This document shows, one piece after another, positions 52,717 through 60,981 of a DNA stretch of 64,000 nucleotides. Position 1 is the stretch's first letter. Every line of letters starts with the position of its first letter. The stretch lies in assembly GCA_964440565.1 (NCBI GenBank), contig CAYTTB010000006.1, forward strand, positions 3,199 through 67,198. The letters are read 5' to 3'. Origin of the DNA: an uncultured Thermoanaerobaculia bacterium. Lineage in GTDB: Bacteria; Acidobacteriota; Thermoanaerobaculia; Thermoanaerobaculales; Sulfomarinibacteraceae. Below the pieces are notes generated by a model that searched no databases, had not been told where the DNA came from, and worked only from the letters and a program-made list of their open reading frames with translations. The translations under genes and the position numbers were made by a program.

Positions 52717-54487
52717 GGTGGGCGCCCGGCGAGCGCTCCTCCCCATCGTGACGCTGGCGCTGGCGGCCGCGGCCCCCGCCGCGGCGCAGCGGTACGGGCA
52801 GTGGTGGCTGGACGGCCGGATCGGAGCGGAGTACCGCTCGTACGAGAACCGCACCGACGGCGAGCTCGCCTCCCGTTACGACCAGCGGCGCTACCGCCTG
52901 AGCCTGGCCCTCAACGGCTACATCGTCCACCCGGCGCTGGCCTCGTTCCGCCTGGAGCTCGAGGGGATCCTCGACCGGTACCGGGACGGGTTCGGTCTGG
53001 ACAGCGACCGCACCGGGGCGCGGGCGGAGATCCGCCTCTTCCCCGAGGGGTGGTACCCGATCCGGCTGTGGGTGGGACGCACCGCGTACAGCTACGACAC
53101 CCGGGCGACGCCCCGGCAGGGAACGTTCCTGCCCGCCATCCCCGACACCCAGACCGTGGCCGGGGGCCGCCTGAGGTTCAGACGGGGCCCGCTGCGCGGC
53201 ACGCTCCTGGGTGTGGACCGCTCCACGCTGCGCCTGGTGGACGGACGCCGCCAGCGGGACGACCGCGAGTTCGTGGACTGGGCGCCGGGCAACGGCCCGC
53301 TCGGGCACCACTACCGGCTCGAGCACCGCGTGCTCCGCTACGCCGCCACCCCGTACACCCTCGACGACTGGACGTTCAACGGCGACGAGCACGGCGACAT
53401 CGGCCGGGGCTGGCGCTGGGACATGACCGCCGTCGGCGTCCGGCGCGGTTTCGAGGCCGCCGGGACCACCCTCACGACCACCGTGACCCGGCTGGCCAAC
53501 CGGTTCACGCGCCAGACGGCCCACCGCGGCCTGCTCACCCTCGGCTACACCGCCGGCTGGACCTCCTCGGACGCGATCACGAGCTCCAGCCACCTGGTGG
53601 AGGCCCGCTGGGAGCGCGACCTGGGGAAGGGAGTCCGCGCCGGTCCGTTCGCCGCCCTGGCGTACAGCACCGGCGGCGGCAGGTCCTCGAGCAGCCAGCG
53701 CCTGGGAGGGTACCTCACCTGGTCCGGCGCGGCGGGTCCCCTCGACAGCGTGGTCTCCGCCCAGGTGGCGGCGGGACGGTTCGCGCCGCCCGAAGGGCCC
53801 GCGCGGACCTCCAGCTCGCTGGCCCTCGCGACGACCCTCGGCCACGGCACGGAGGAGACGCTGCGCAGCGAGCTGGAGCTCGGCTGGACGCACTCCACCG
53901 CCGACATCGCGGGACCGGAGGCCGCACTGCCCGATCTCGGCGCCGCCGTGATCGGCTCCGCCACCGCCGACAGCACGCGCGCCCGGCTGAGCCTCCGGCG
54001 CCGGTTCGGGAGAACCCGGGCCTACGCCTACGCGGAGCTCCGTCGGCGCGAGGGCCAGAGCCTGCTGCGGGTCGGCCGGTCCACCGTCGAGGGACGGACC
54101 TACTCCGCGCAGGTGGACGGCGGCCGCCTGACGCTCGCCGTCCTGCACACCGAGGTGGACTCCATCGCCGGCTCCCGTCAGCGGGTCGAGGCCGACTCGG
54201 TCTCGCTGGGGTTCCGTCCCTTCAGGGCGCTCTCGCTGCACGCCTCCTACCGCACCGACGTCCGCCATCTCGAGCTCGTCCCCGACGTGGACGGGGAGCA
54301 GCTGCAGGCCCAGCTCACCTTCCACCTCGGGATGCTGGACCTCCGGGCGGAGTTCTACGACAGCCGCGAGCGGCTCGAGGGGGACGGGGATCGCCGCAAC
54401 CGGGGCGTGGTGGTGATCCTCTCGCGCCGCTTCGCGACGCTCCTGCCCATCGTGACGGCGCCCGAGCGGCGGGGGGTGATCCGGTGA
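52700..54487 (+). CDS. putative outer-membrane beta-barrel protein (no family recognised)
   Basis: Signal ALLPIVTLALAAAAPAAAQ. The rest is dominated by alternating-polarity strands rich in R/Y/G/T (RYRLSLALNGYIV, ARAEIRLFPEG, RARLSLRRRFGRTRAYAYAELRR, QLQAQLTFHLGMLDLRAEFYD). A late strand, GVVVILSRRF, ends in Phe. Start is uncertain (52700 or GTG 52718). Confidence 0.55.
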   Translation: MREVGEVGARRALLPIVTLALAAAAPAAAQRYGQWWLDGRIGAEYRSYENRTDGELASRYDQRRYRLSLALNGYIVHPALASFRLELEGILDRYRDGFGLDSDRTGARAEIRLFPEGWYPIRLWVGRTAYSYDTRATPRQGTFLPAIPDTQTVAGGRLRFRRGPLRGTLLGVDRSTLRLVDGRRQRDDREFVDWAPGNGPLGHHYRLEHRVLRYAATPYTLDDWTFNGDEHGDIGRGWRWDMTAVGVRRGFEAAGTTLTTTVTRLANRFTRQTAHRGLLTLGYTAGWTSSDAITSSSHLVEARWERDLGKGVRAGPFAALAYSTGGGRSSSSQRLGGYLTWSGAAGPLDSVVSAQVAAGRFAPPEGPARTSSSLALATTLGHGTEETLRSELELGWTHSTADIAGPEAALPDLGAAVIGSATADSTRARLSLRRRFGRTRAYAYAELRRREGQSLLRVGRSTVEGRTYSAQVDGGRLTLAVLHTEVDSIAGSRQRVEADSVSLGFRPFRALSLHASYRTDVRHLELVPDVDGEQLQAQLTFHLGMLDLRAEFYDSRERLEGDGDRRNRGVVVILSRRFATLLPIVTAPERRGVIR

Positions 54488-55443
54488 GGCGGGCGCTCGT
54501 GACGATACTCGCGGCCGCTCTCGCCGCCTGCACCGCCACGGGAGGCTGGCGGCGCCCCGGCACCACCGTCACCGCGGGACCGGCCACCATCGCCGTGGAG
54601 CGTGTGTTCGCGGGCGGCGGCCGGCGCGGGGTGGTGGGCTGGCTCACGGGACGCCGGCCCGGTCCGGCGCTGGTACGTCCCTACGGGGTGGCGTGGGACG
54701 GCGACGATCTCCTGGTGACCGACCCCGGGGCCGGCCGCGTGGTCCGCATCGGGCCCGGGGGCCGGCTGCGGGGCGGGCCCCGCGGCGGACTCGCCTCGCC
54801 GGTGGGTGTCGCCGTGTGCACCGATGGGATCCTGGTCACGGACTCTCGGGCGGGGACCGTGGTCCGCCTCTCCCGGGGACTGCGGCCCGCCGCACGGCTC
54901 GCCGAGGGGCTCCTCCGCCCCACCGGCATCGCCTGCGTCGGCGGCGCGGTGGTGGTCGCCGAGACCGGCGCCCACCGCCTGGTGGTTCTGGATCCCGGCG
55001 GCGGCCGGCGGACCATCGGGCGCCGTGGGAGCGGACCGGGCGAGTTCAACTTCCCCACCGCGCTCGCCGCCGACGGCGACACCGTCTGGGTGGGTGATAC
55101 CCTCAACTTCCGCCTGCAGCGGATCCGGCTTGCCGACGGGGAGCCGCTCACGGTGTTCGGGCGCCTCGGCGATGCCCCGGGCGAGCTGCCCCGGGTGAAG
55201 GGGATCACCGTGGACCCCGCGGGCCGCCTGTGGGTGACGGAGGAGCGGCTGGACCAGGTGATCCTGTTCCGGAGAGACGGCACGCTGCTGGCCACCGTCG
55301 GCGGATCGGGCCAGGAGCCGGGCCGGTTCGCGTTCCCGGCGGGGATCGCCGCCCGGCCGGACGGCGCGGTGGCGGTGGCGGACTCGCTGAACCGGCGGGT
55401 GCAGGTGCTGCGCCTCGTCGTGGAGGGGGTGGGCCATGGCTGA
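54484..55443 (+). CDS. NHL-repeat beta-propeller lipoprotein
   Basis: In the frame of ORF 52801..55443 from GTG 54484 (GTGA overlap). Lipobox ILAAALAAC. NHL-like blades include PYGVAWDGDDLLVTDPGAGRVVRI, PVGVAVCTDGILVTDSRAGTVVRL, GPGEFNFPTALAADGDTVWVGDTLNFRLQRI, GRFAFPAGIAARPDGAVAVADSLNRRVQVL. Confidence 0.8.
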   Translation: MRRALVTILAAALAACTATGGWRRPGTTVTAGPATIAVERVFAGGGRRGVVGWLTGRRPGPALVRPYGVAWDGDDLLVTDPGAGRVVRIGPGGRLRGGPRGGLASPVGVAVCTDGILVTDSRAGTVVRLSRGLRPAARLAEGLLRPTGIACVGGAVVVAETGAHRLVVLDPGGGRRTIGRRGSGPGEFNFPTALAADGDTVWVGDTLNFRLQRIRLADGEPLTVFGRLGDAPGELPRVKGITVDPAGRLWVTEERLDQVILFRRDGTLLATVGGSGQEPGRFAFPAGIAARPDGAVAVADSLNRRVQVLRLVVEGVGHG

Positions 55444-56116
55444 CGCTCGAGCCCGATGGATCGGCGCCGGGGTCGCGCTGGCGCTCGCCGGCACCGCGCT
55501 GGCGCAGCAGGCCGGCGTCGCCGGCACGCTGCACAACCTCTCCGTGAGCGGACCGGGCGAGGTCAAGTCCCTCACCGAGACCCAGGTGTGCAAGTTCTGC
55601 CACATCCCGCACAGCGCCGTGGTGCCGCAGCCGTTGTGGGGGCACAGGCTCCCGGAGAACGTGCGCTACCGGACGGCCGAGCCGTGGCGTGGCCGCGGCC
55701 AGCGGGAGACGCTCCCGCAGCCGGACGGCGCCTCGCGCTTGTGCCTGTCCTGCCACGACGGGACGGTGGCGCTGGGCGACGTCGCCGGGGAGCCGCGTCC
55801 CATCCCGATGGCCGGCTCGCAGCGGCTGGAGCCGGGACGGCCCGGGTACATCGGGACCGACCTGAGCGGGTCGCACCCGATCTCCTTCCGGGTGACCGAC
55901 CAGGTGCCGCTCGCGCCCGAGCAGGACATGGGCGTCAAGCCGCTCGACGCCATCCGCTCCGATCCGGACGTCCGCCTCGACGCCGAGGGCAAGATGCAGT
56001 GCACCACCTGCCACGATCCGCATTCGGACGCCAACTACAGGCCCGGCGTGACCCCCCACTTCTGGGTCAAGCCCACCGTCACGGAGGTGTGCGCCACATG
56101 CCACGAGCTGCGCTGA
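55436..56116 (+). CDS. small tetraheme c-type cytochrome (divergent paralog of 51018..51665)
   Basis: 226 aa with a signal peptide. CXXCH motifs: CKFCH, CLSCH, CTTCH, CATCH. Family motifs are retained: GTLHNLS, VCKFCHIPH, PLWGH, LCLSCHDGT, GTDLSGSHPI. The ATG overlaps the upstream stop by 8 nt. Confidence 0.85.
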   Translation: MADARARWIGAGVALALAGTALAQQAGVAGTLHNLSVSGPGEVKSLTETQVCKFCHIPHSAVVPQPLWGHRLPENVRYRTAEPWRGRGQRETLPQPDGASRLCLSCHDGTVALGDVAGEPRPIPMAGSQRLEPGRPGYIGTDLSGSHPISFRVTDQVPLAPEQDMGVKPLDAIRSDPDVRLDAEGKMQCTTCHDPHSDANYRPGVTPHFWVKPTVTEVCATCHELR

Positions 56117-57204
56117 GCGCCGCCATCGTCCTCGCGGCGGCAGGCCTCGCCACCGCCGCGAGCCCCCACCTGGACCCGTCCCTGATGCTCGCGGGGTGCG
56201 CCTCGTGTCACGCGGGCCACGGCGCCTCCGGATCGCCGATGCTGCCGTCGGGACAGACCGAGCTGTGCCTGAGCTGCCACGGTTCGGAGAACGACGTGCA
56301 GCGACGGATCGCCGAGGGCGTGCTCGCCGCCGGGGCGGCGCCGCCCCTCCTCGACACCGCGCTGGCGCAGCCACACCGCCACCGTCTCGACGCGGCCGCC
56401 ACCTCGCGCTTCGAGACCCAGGCGGTGACCTGCACCTCCTGCCACGCTCCCCACCGCGGGCTGCCGCCGGCGAGCGACACGGGTCCCGGCCGGAGGAAGC
56501 TGTCGCCACTCGACCCCTCCCGGTTCGAGTTCCAGCTCTGCGAGGGATGCCACGGAGGGGCCGGTGCCGCCACCCAGGACCTGCTCGACATCTCGCGGCT
56601 GCTCAGCCCCGAGAACCGGTCGTTCCATCCCGTGGAGGCGCCCGCACCGGACCGCTCGCCGTCGGTCCGGCCCGAGCTCTCCGGGCAGTACATCAACTGC
56701 ACCGACTGCCACGGCAATGACGACCCGGCCGGGGCACGCGGGCCCCACGGCTCCAGCGTCGAGAAGCTGCTCGTGGCCTCGTACGTGCGGACCGACGGCA
56801 GCCCCGAGTCGGCCGACACCTACGCCCTGTGCTACCGCTGCCACAACCGCGCCGCGCTCCTCTCGGGGAGCGGCCCGTTTCCCGAGCACCGCACGCACGT
56901 GGTGGAGGAGCGCACCGCCTGCGCCACCTGCCACAACCCCCACGGCTCGGTGACCAACCGCGCCCTGATCCGGTTCGGCGAGGAGACCACCCTCGGAGGC
57001 GTGAAGCCCTCCTCCTCCGGGCGCCTCGAGTTCCTCTCCCCGGGCCAGGGCTCCGGGCTGTGCTACCTCACGTGCCACGGGGAGGATCACGATCCGAAGG
57101 GGTACGGCGCCGGCGCGGCCCTGATCGGGCGGACCGGGGAGCCGGTCCGGGTCCTCTCCACGCGGCCGCCCCGACGGCCGGTGGCACGGCCCCCGCGGCG
57201 GTAG
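56098..57204 (+). CDS. multiheme c-type cytochrome (7 CXXCH + 1 CX3CH), homologous to the C-terminal part of the giant cytochrome
   Basis: 368 aa from ATG 56098 in the frame of ORF 55456..57204. Signal MPRAALSAAIVLAAAGLATAA. Heme motifs: CASCH, CLSCH, CTSCH, CEGCH, CTDCH, CYRCH, CATCH and CYLTCH. It shares the NRSFHPV...C.DCH.NDD...GPHGS block with residues ~1337-1396 of the giant protein. Confidence 0.85.
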   Translation: MPRAALSAAIVLAAAGLATAASPHLDPSLMLAGCASCHAGHGASGSPMLPSGQTELCLSCHGSENDVQRRIAEGVLAAGAAPPLLDTALAQPHRHRLDAAATSRFETQAVTCTSCHAPHRGLPPASDTGPGRRKLSPLDPSRFEFQLCEGCHGGAGAATQDLLDISRLLSPENRSFHPVEAPAPDRSPSVRPELSGQYINCTDCHGNDDPAGARGPHGSSVEKLLVASYVRTDGSPESADTYALCYRCHNRAALLSGSGPFPEHRTHVVEERTACATCHNPHGSVTNRALIRFGEETTLGGVKPSSSGRLEFLSPGQGSGLCYLTCHGEDHDPKGYGAGAALIGRTGEPVRVLSTRPPRRPVARPPRR

Positions 57205-57241
57205 GCGCCGTGGTACCCTGCCCCGCCACGGGGTACGGGAG

Positions 57242-58054
57242 GTGCGGATGCCGCGACGGGTGCTGGCGCTGGACTTCGACGGCGTGATCGCGGACTCGGC
57301 GCCGGAGTCGTTTCTCGTGGCGTGCACCGCGTTCCGGGAGATGCGGCCGGGCTCGCCGCTCGCCGGCCGGCTCCCCGTGGCGGCTCCCGGCCGCCTCCGC
57401 CCGCCGTCCCCCGAGGACCCGGTGTTCCGCGCCTTCCTCGCCGGGATGCCGCTCGGAAACCGCGCCGAGGACTACGCGGTCCAGCTCCTCGCTCTCGAGC
57501 GCGGCCTCGAGATGCCCGACCAGGAGGCGCACGACCGGTTCAAGGCCGGGCTCGACCCCGAATGGCTGGCGGCCTTCCACCGCCGGTACTACGAGGTGCG
57601 GCGCCGCCTCCAGGACGGCGATCCGGAGGGATGGCTGGCCCTCATCCGCCTCTACCCGCACGTCGCCGCGACGCTTCCCGGGCTGTCCCGATCGTGGACG
57701 CTCGCCATCGCCACCGCCCGCGACCGCGAGTCCGTGGACCGGATCCTGGCCCGCCACGGCCTCTCCGCCCTCTTCCCCGGCGAGCTGATCCTCGACAAGG
57801 AGACCGGGGTGTCCAAGGCGGCGCACCTGCGGACGCTGGCCGGGCGGACGGAGATCGCACCCGGCCGCATCGTGTTCGTGGACGACAAGGTCAACCACCT
57901 CGACGCCGTGGCGCCGCTCGGCGTCCGCTGCGCCCTGGCCACCTGGGGCTACAACGGCGAGCGCGAGGCCCGGCTTGCGCGCGAGCGGGGATACACGTTG
58001 CTCGGTCCGGAGCGGCTCGGCGACCAGCTCGAGGCGCTGGTGCCCGCCGGCTGA
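57242..58054 (+). CDS. HAD-superfamily hydrolase (phosphatase-like)
   Basis: Motif I VLALDFDGVIADS, motif II IATARD, and motif IV FVDDKVNH. ATG 57248 is an alternative start. Confidence 0.8.
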   Translation: MRMPRRVLALDFDGVIADSAPESFLVACTAFREMRPGSPLAGRLPVAAPGRLRPPSPEDPVFRAFLAGMPLGNRAEDYAVQLLALERGLEMPDQEAHDRFKAGLDPEWLAAFHRRYYEVRRRLQDGDPEGWLALIRLYPHVAATLPGLSRSWTLAIATARDRESVDRILARHGLSALFPGELILDKETGVSKAAHLRTLAGRTEIAPGRIVFVDDKVNHLDAVAPLGVRCALATWGYNGEREARLARERGYTLLGPERLGDQLEALVPAG

Positions 58055-58094
58055 GGGCGGGCGCGCGCCGCGGGACACCCCGGAGCGCGGGCGG

Positions 58095-58817
58095 TCACCG
58101 CTCTCCCCGCGCTCCCGGGCCCGGCGCGGGCACCACCTCGAGCGGGGTGCGGCAGGGCGGCCCACCGGCGTGCCGGGCTCGCCAGCCGCCCTCGCCCAGG
58201 AGGGCGACGGTGGCGCTCACCGTGCCCGCAGCGGGTGCGTGGCGACAGGAGACGGGGTGCTCGTGGCGGGCGAGGAGGGCCACCAGCCGCTCCGTCCACG
58301 CGGCCGCCCCCTCGCCAGGGCGGGGCCTCCCGAGCTCGAGAAGCGCCTCCACCCTCGGATCGCCCTCGAACGCCGGGCGGTTGCCGAGGGCCAGTGTCAC
58401 GGTCTCGAGCTCGCGGACCTCGGGACGGGGCACGTTGGTCGCCACCACCAGCCGAGCCGGCGAGGCCACCACCACGTTCGCCGGCGCGTACCGCGCGAGC
58501 GGCTCGCGCCGGAGGCGGTCCGCGGCCGTCCCGGCAGTGGGCTCCGCGGCGAGGTCGAGAACGAGCAGGCCCCGCGAGCGCTGGCCCTCCCGGCGGCGCG
58601 CCCCGAGCCGCGCGTTGGTCACCGCCACCAGGAAGCCCGAGCCCGACAGCGCGAGCCAGCTCCCGCCGGCCTCGGGGTCGTGCCCGCCCCACACCTCGGG
58701 CGTCTCGCTCAGCCTGGCCCATCCGCCCACCGCCCGCGCGTGCAGCTCGTCGCGGGCCGCGGCCACGGCCAGCGCCACCCCGGGGAGCGGCCGCCGGTAG
58801 AGCAGCAGCGTGCACAC
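58095..58817 (-). CDS. NRDE/TANGO2-family protein
   Basis: Real start taken as GTG 58817, giving MCTLLLYRR (N-terminal Cys2, typical of the family) and AAARDE (NRDE-like motif). 240 aa. The upstream part of track ORF 58095..59168 is junk. Confidence 0.6.
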   Translation of the reverse strand: MCTLLLYRRPLPGVALAVAAARDELHARAVGGWARLSETPEVWGGHDPEAGGSWLALSGSGFLVAVTNARLGARRREGQRSRGLLVLDLAAEPTAGTAADRLRREPLARYAPANVVVASPARLVVATNVPRPEVRELETVTLALGNRPAFEGDPRVEALLELGRPRPGEGAAAWTERLVALLARHEHPVSCRHAPAAGTVSATVALLGEGGWRARHAGGPPCRTPLEVVPAPGPGARGER

Positions 58818-58953
58818 CGTGCCAGTGTACCCGCAGGTCGCACCCACGCCCGCCATGGCGCGGCCAGGATCCGTGCCGGCCAGCTTCTCCGGGGAGCCCG
58901 CGGCGGTTGCCTGGATCCCGGGCTCGTGCGAGGATACGCGCCGGAGGTCATCC

Positions 58954-60039
58954 GTGCGCCGATTCGCCGTGCTCGTCCTCGCCGTCCTCGTTCCCGCCTG
59001 CTCCCGCGGCCCCTCCCAGGAGCCCGCGCGCGCCGCCGGCGCCAGCGGGCAGGTCCCCCGGGTGGTCCAGCCCGACCCCAGGGAGGTCCACTTCTCGGAG
59101 CTGCACATGCTCACCGACGGCGGGGAGAATGCCGAGGCGTACTTCTCGTTCGACGGCTCGAAGCTCATCTTCCAGTCGACGCGGCCGCCGTTTGCCTGCG
59201 ATCAGATCTTCGTGATGGACGTGGACGGCTCCGGGCCGCCGCGGCTGGTCTCCACCGGGAAGGGACGCACCACCTGCGCCTACTTCTACCCCGACGGCGA
59301 GCACATCCTCTACTCCTCCACCCACCTCGCATCTCCGGACTGCCCCCCGCCGCCCGACCGGAGCCAGGGGTACGTCTGGGCGCTCTACCCGGGCTACGAC
59401 ATCTTCCGCGCCAACGCCGACGGCACCGGGATCGAGCGGCTCACCGACACGCCGGGGTACGACGCCGAGGCCACGATCTCGCCCAGGGGCGACCGGATCG
59501 TCTTCACCTCCATGCGCGACGGCGACCTCGACATCTACACCATGAACCTCGACGGTTCCGACGTGCGCCGCCTCACCCACGAGCTGGGGTACGACGGCGG
59601 GCCGTTCTTCTCGCCCGACGGCAGCAAGATCGTCTACCGCGCCTACCACCCGAGGACGCCCGAGGAGATCGAGGACTACCGGCGCCTGCTCGCGCAGGGC
59701 CTGATCCGGCCCACCACCCTCGAGATCTGGGTGATGAACGCCGACGGCTCCGGCAAGCACCAGGTGACCCACCTCGGCGCGGCCTCCTTCGCGCCGTTCT
59801 TCCACCCCTCGGGCGAGAAGATCATCTTCTCCTCCAACTACGGCGATCCCGAGGGGAGGGAGTTCGAGCTGTACCTGGTGAACCTGGACGGATCGGGGCT
59901 CGAGCGCGTCACCTACTCCCCGGAGTTCGACGGGTTCCCGATGTGGGCCCCGGACGGGAAGACCTTCGTCTTCTGCTCCAACCGGATGAACTCCCACCCG
60001 CACGAGACCAACGTGTTCGTCACCCGCTGGCGGGAGTAG
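58954..60039 (+). CDS. TolB-like WD40/PD40 beta-propeller lipoprotein
   Basis: GTG 58954 follows GGAGG. Lipobox-like AVLVPAC. PD40 repeats: YFSFDGSKLIFQS, YFYPDGEHILYSS, TISPRGDRIVFTSMRDGDLDIYTMNLDGS, FFSPDGSKIVYRA, FFHPSGEKIIFSSN, MWAPDGKTFVFCSNR. Confidence 0.8.
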   Translation: MRRFAVLVLAVLVPACSRGPSQEPARAAGASGQVPRVVQPDPREVHFSELHMLTDGGENAEAYFSFDGSKLIFQSTRPPFACDQIFVMDVDGSGPPRLVSTGKGRTTCAYFYPDGEHILYSSTHLASPDCPPPPDRSQGYVWALYPGYDIFRANADGTGIERLTDTPGYDAEATISPRGDRIVFTSMRDGDLDIYTMNLDGSDVRRLTHELGYDGGPFFSPDGSKIVYRAYHPRTPEEIEDYRRLLAQGLIRPTTLEIWVMNADGSGKHQVTHLGAASFAPFFHPSGEKIIFSSNYGDPEGREFELYLVNLDGSGLERVTYSPEFDGFPMWAPDGKTFVFCSNRMNSHPHETNVFVTRWRE

Positions 60040-60042
60040 ACG

Positions 60043-60978
60043 TCAGCGGACGCGGGTGGCGCGCGTCGGCTGCGCCAGGAGGCCGGGGGGCGGCCCCACG
60101 CACGCGATCTCCAGGACCGCCCCCTCCCAGCGTCCCGGGAAGAGCCACTCCCTCTCCCCGGGCAGCGCCACCACCGGCACGGCCCCTCCGTCCGGAAGCC
60201 GCACCTCCGCCCGCCGCCAGCCGCCTTCCGGTTCGGTGAGCCACACCAGCCCGCCGAACCCCTCCCCCAGGCGGTACCGCCAGACGCCGTCACCCGGCTC
60301 CGGCCGCACCCGCCACCGCTCCCCGGTCACCGCCTGCTCGAGCGGCACCGCGTGGAGCCGCGGCACCGGGTACGACCACGGGTGGTCCGGCGGCGACCCC
60401 CAGATCCACGGCGCGGCGCCCCCGCCCACCCCCTCGTCCAGCGCGTCGCGGCTCCACTCCCGGAGCACCCGCCAGTCGCGCCCGGAGACCACCACCGACC
60501 GCCCCGCCGGGTCGCCCGCGGCACGGCCCTCCGGGGTGGGCTCGAGGTCGAGGGCGAACAGCGCCGCCCCCACCGAGGTGGGGCTGCGCACCTCGAGCGC
60601 GAGCACGTTGCGGCCGGGGCGGAGCAGGTCCGTCACCGGCACCACGTCGAGGGGAAACCCGGGCCGGCTCCGTCCGGCGGCGACCGGCTCGCCGTTGACC
60701 CAGAGCACGTACTGCCGGTCGCCCGAGACCTTCGCCACCGCCCGGCGGGGGCGCGCCGCGAGCTCGAGCGTGCGCACGAACAGACCCGCCGTGGGCCGGG
60801 GCTCGGCCACGTCGTCGCTGACCCACATCCACGCCGCCGCGCCCGTGAGGTGGTACAGCTCGTGACGGTAGAACGAGCGCAGGTAGAGGAGCAGCGCGAG
60901 GCCGGCGACGAACGCCACCATCCACCGGAGCCGCCACCGCCGGCGCAGCTCGCGCGGGCCCGGGCCGCCACCGCCCAT
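60043..60978 (-). CDS. membrane-anchored hypothetical protein with a galactose-binding-like domain
   Basis: 311 aa with an N-terminal TM (WMVAFVAGLALLLYL). The segment AKVSGDRQYVLWVNGEPVAAGRS...VPVTDLLRPGRNVLALEV resembles the sugar-binding jelly-roll of GH2/rhamnosidase N-terminal domains. Confidence 0.5.
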   Translation of the reverse strand: MGGGGPGPRELRRRWRLRWMVAFVAGLALLLYLRSFYRHELYHLTGAAAWMWVSDDVAEPRPTAGLFVRTLELAARPRRAVAKVSGDRQYVLWVNGEPVAAGRSRPGFPLDVVPVTDLLRPGRNVLALEVRSPTSVGAALFALDLEPTPEGRAAGDPAGRSVVVSGRDWRVLREWSRDALDEGVGGGAAPWIWGSPPDHPWSYPVPRLHAVPLEQAVTGERWRVRPEPGDGVWRYRLGEGFGGLVWLTEPEGGWRRAEVRLPDGGAVPVVALPGEREWLFPGRWEGAVLEIACVGPPPGLLAQPTRATRVR

Positions 60979-60981
60979 GGC

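Noticed and set aside
57205-57241. Possible terminator after the last cytochrome gene (CCGTGGTACCC...CCACGGGGTACGG)
   Set aside because: The complementary segments are not in nested (hairpin) order: CCACGG precedes GGGTAC. No simple stem-loop forms, and there is no U-tract.
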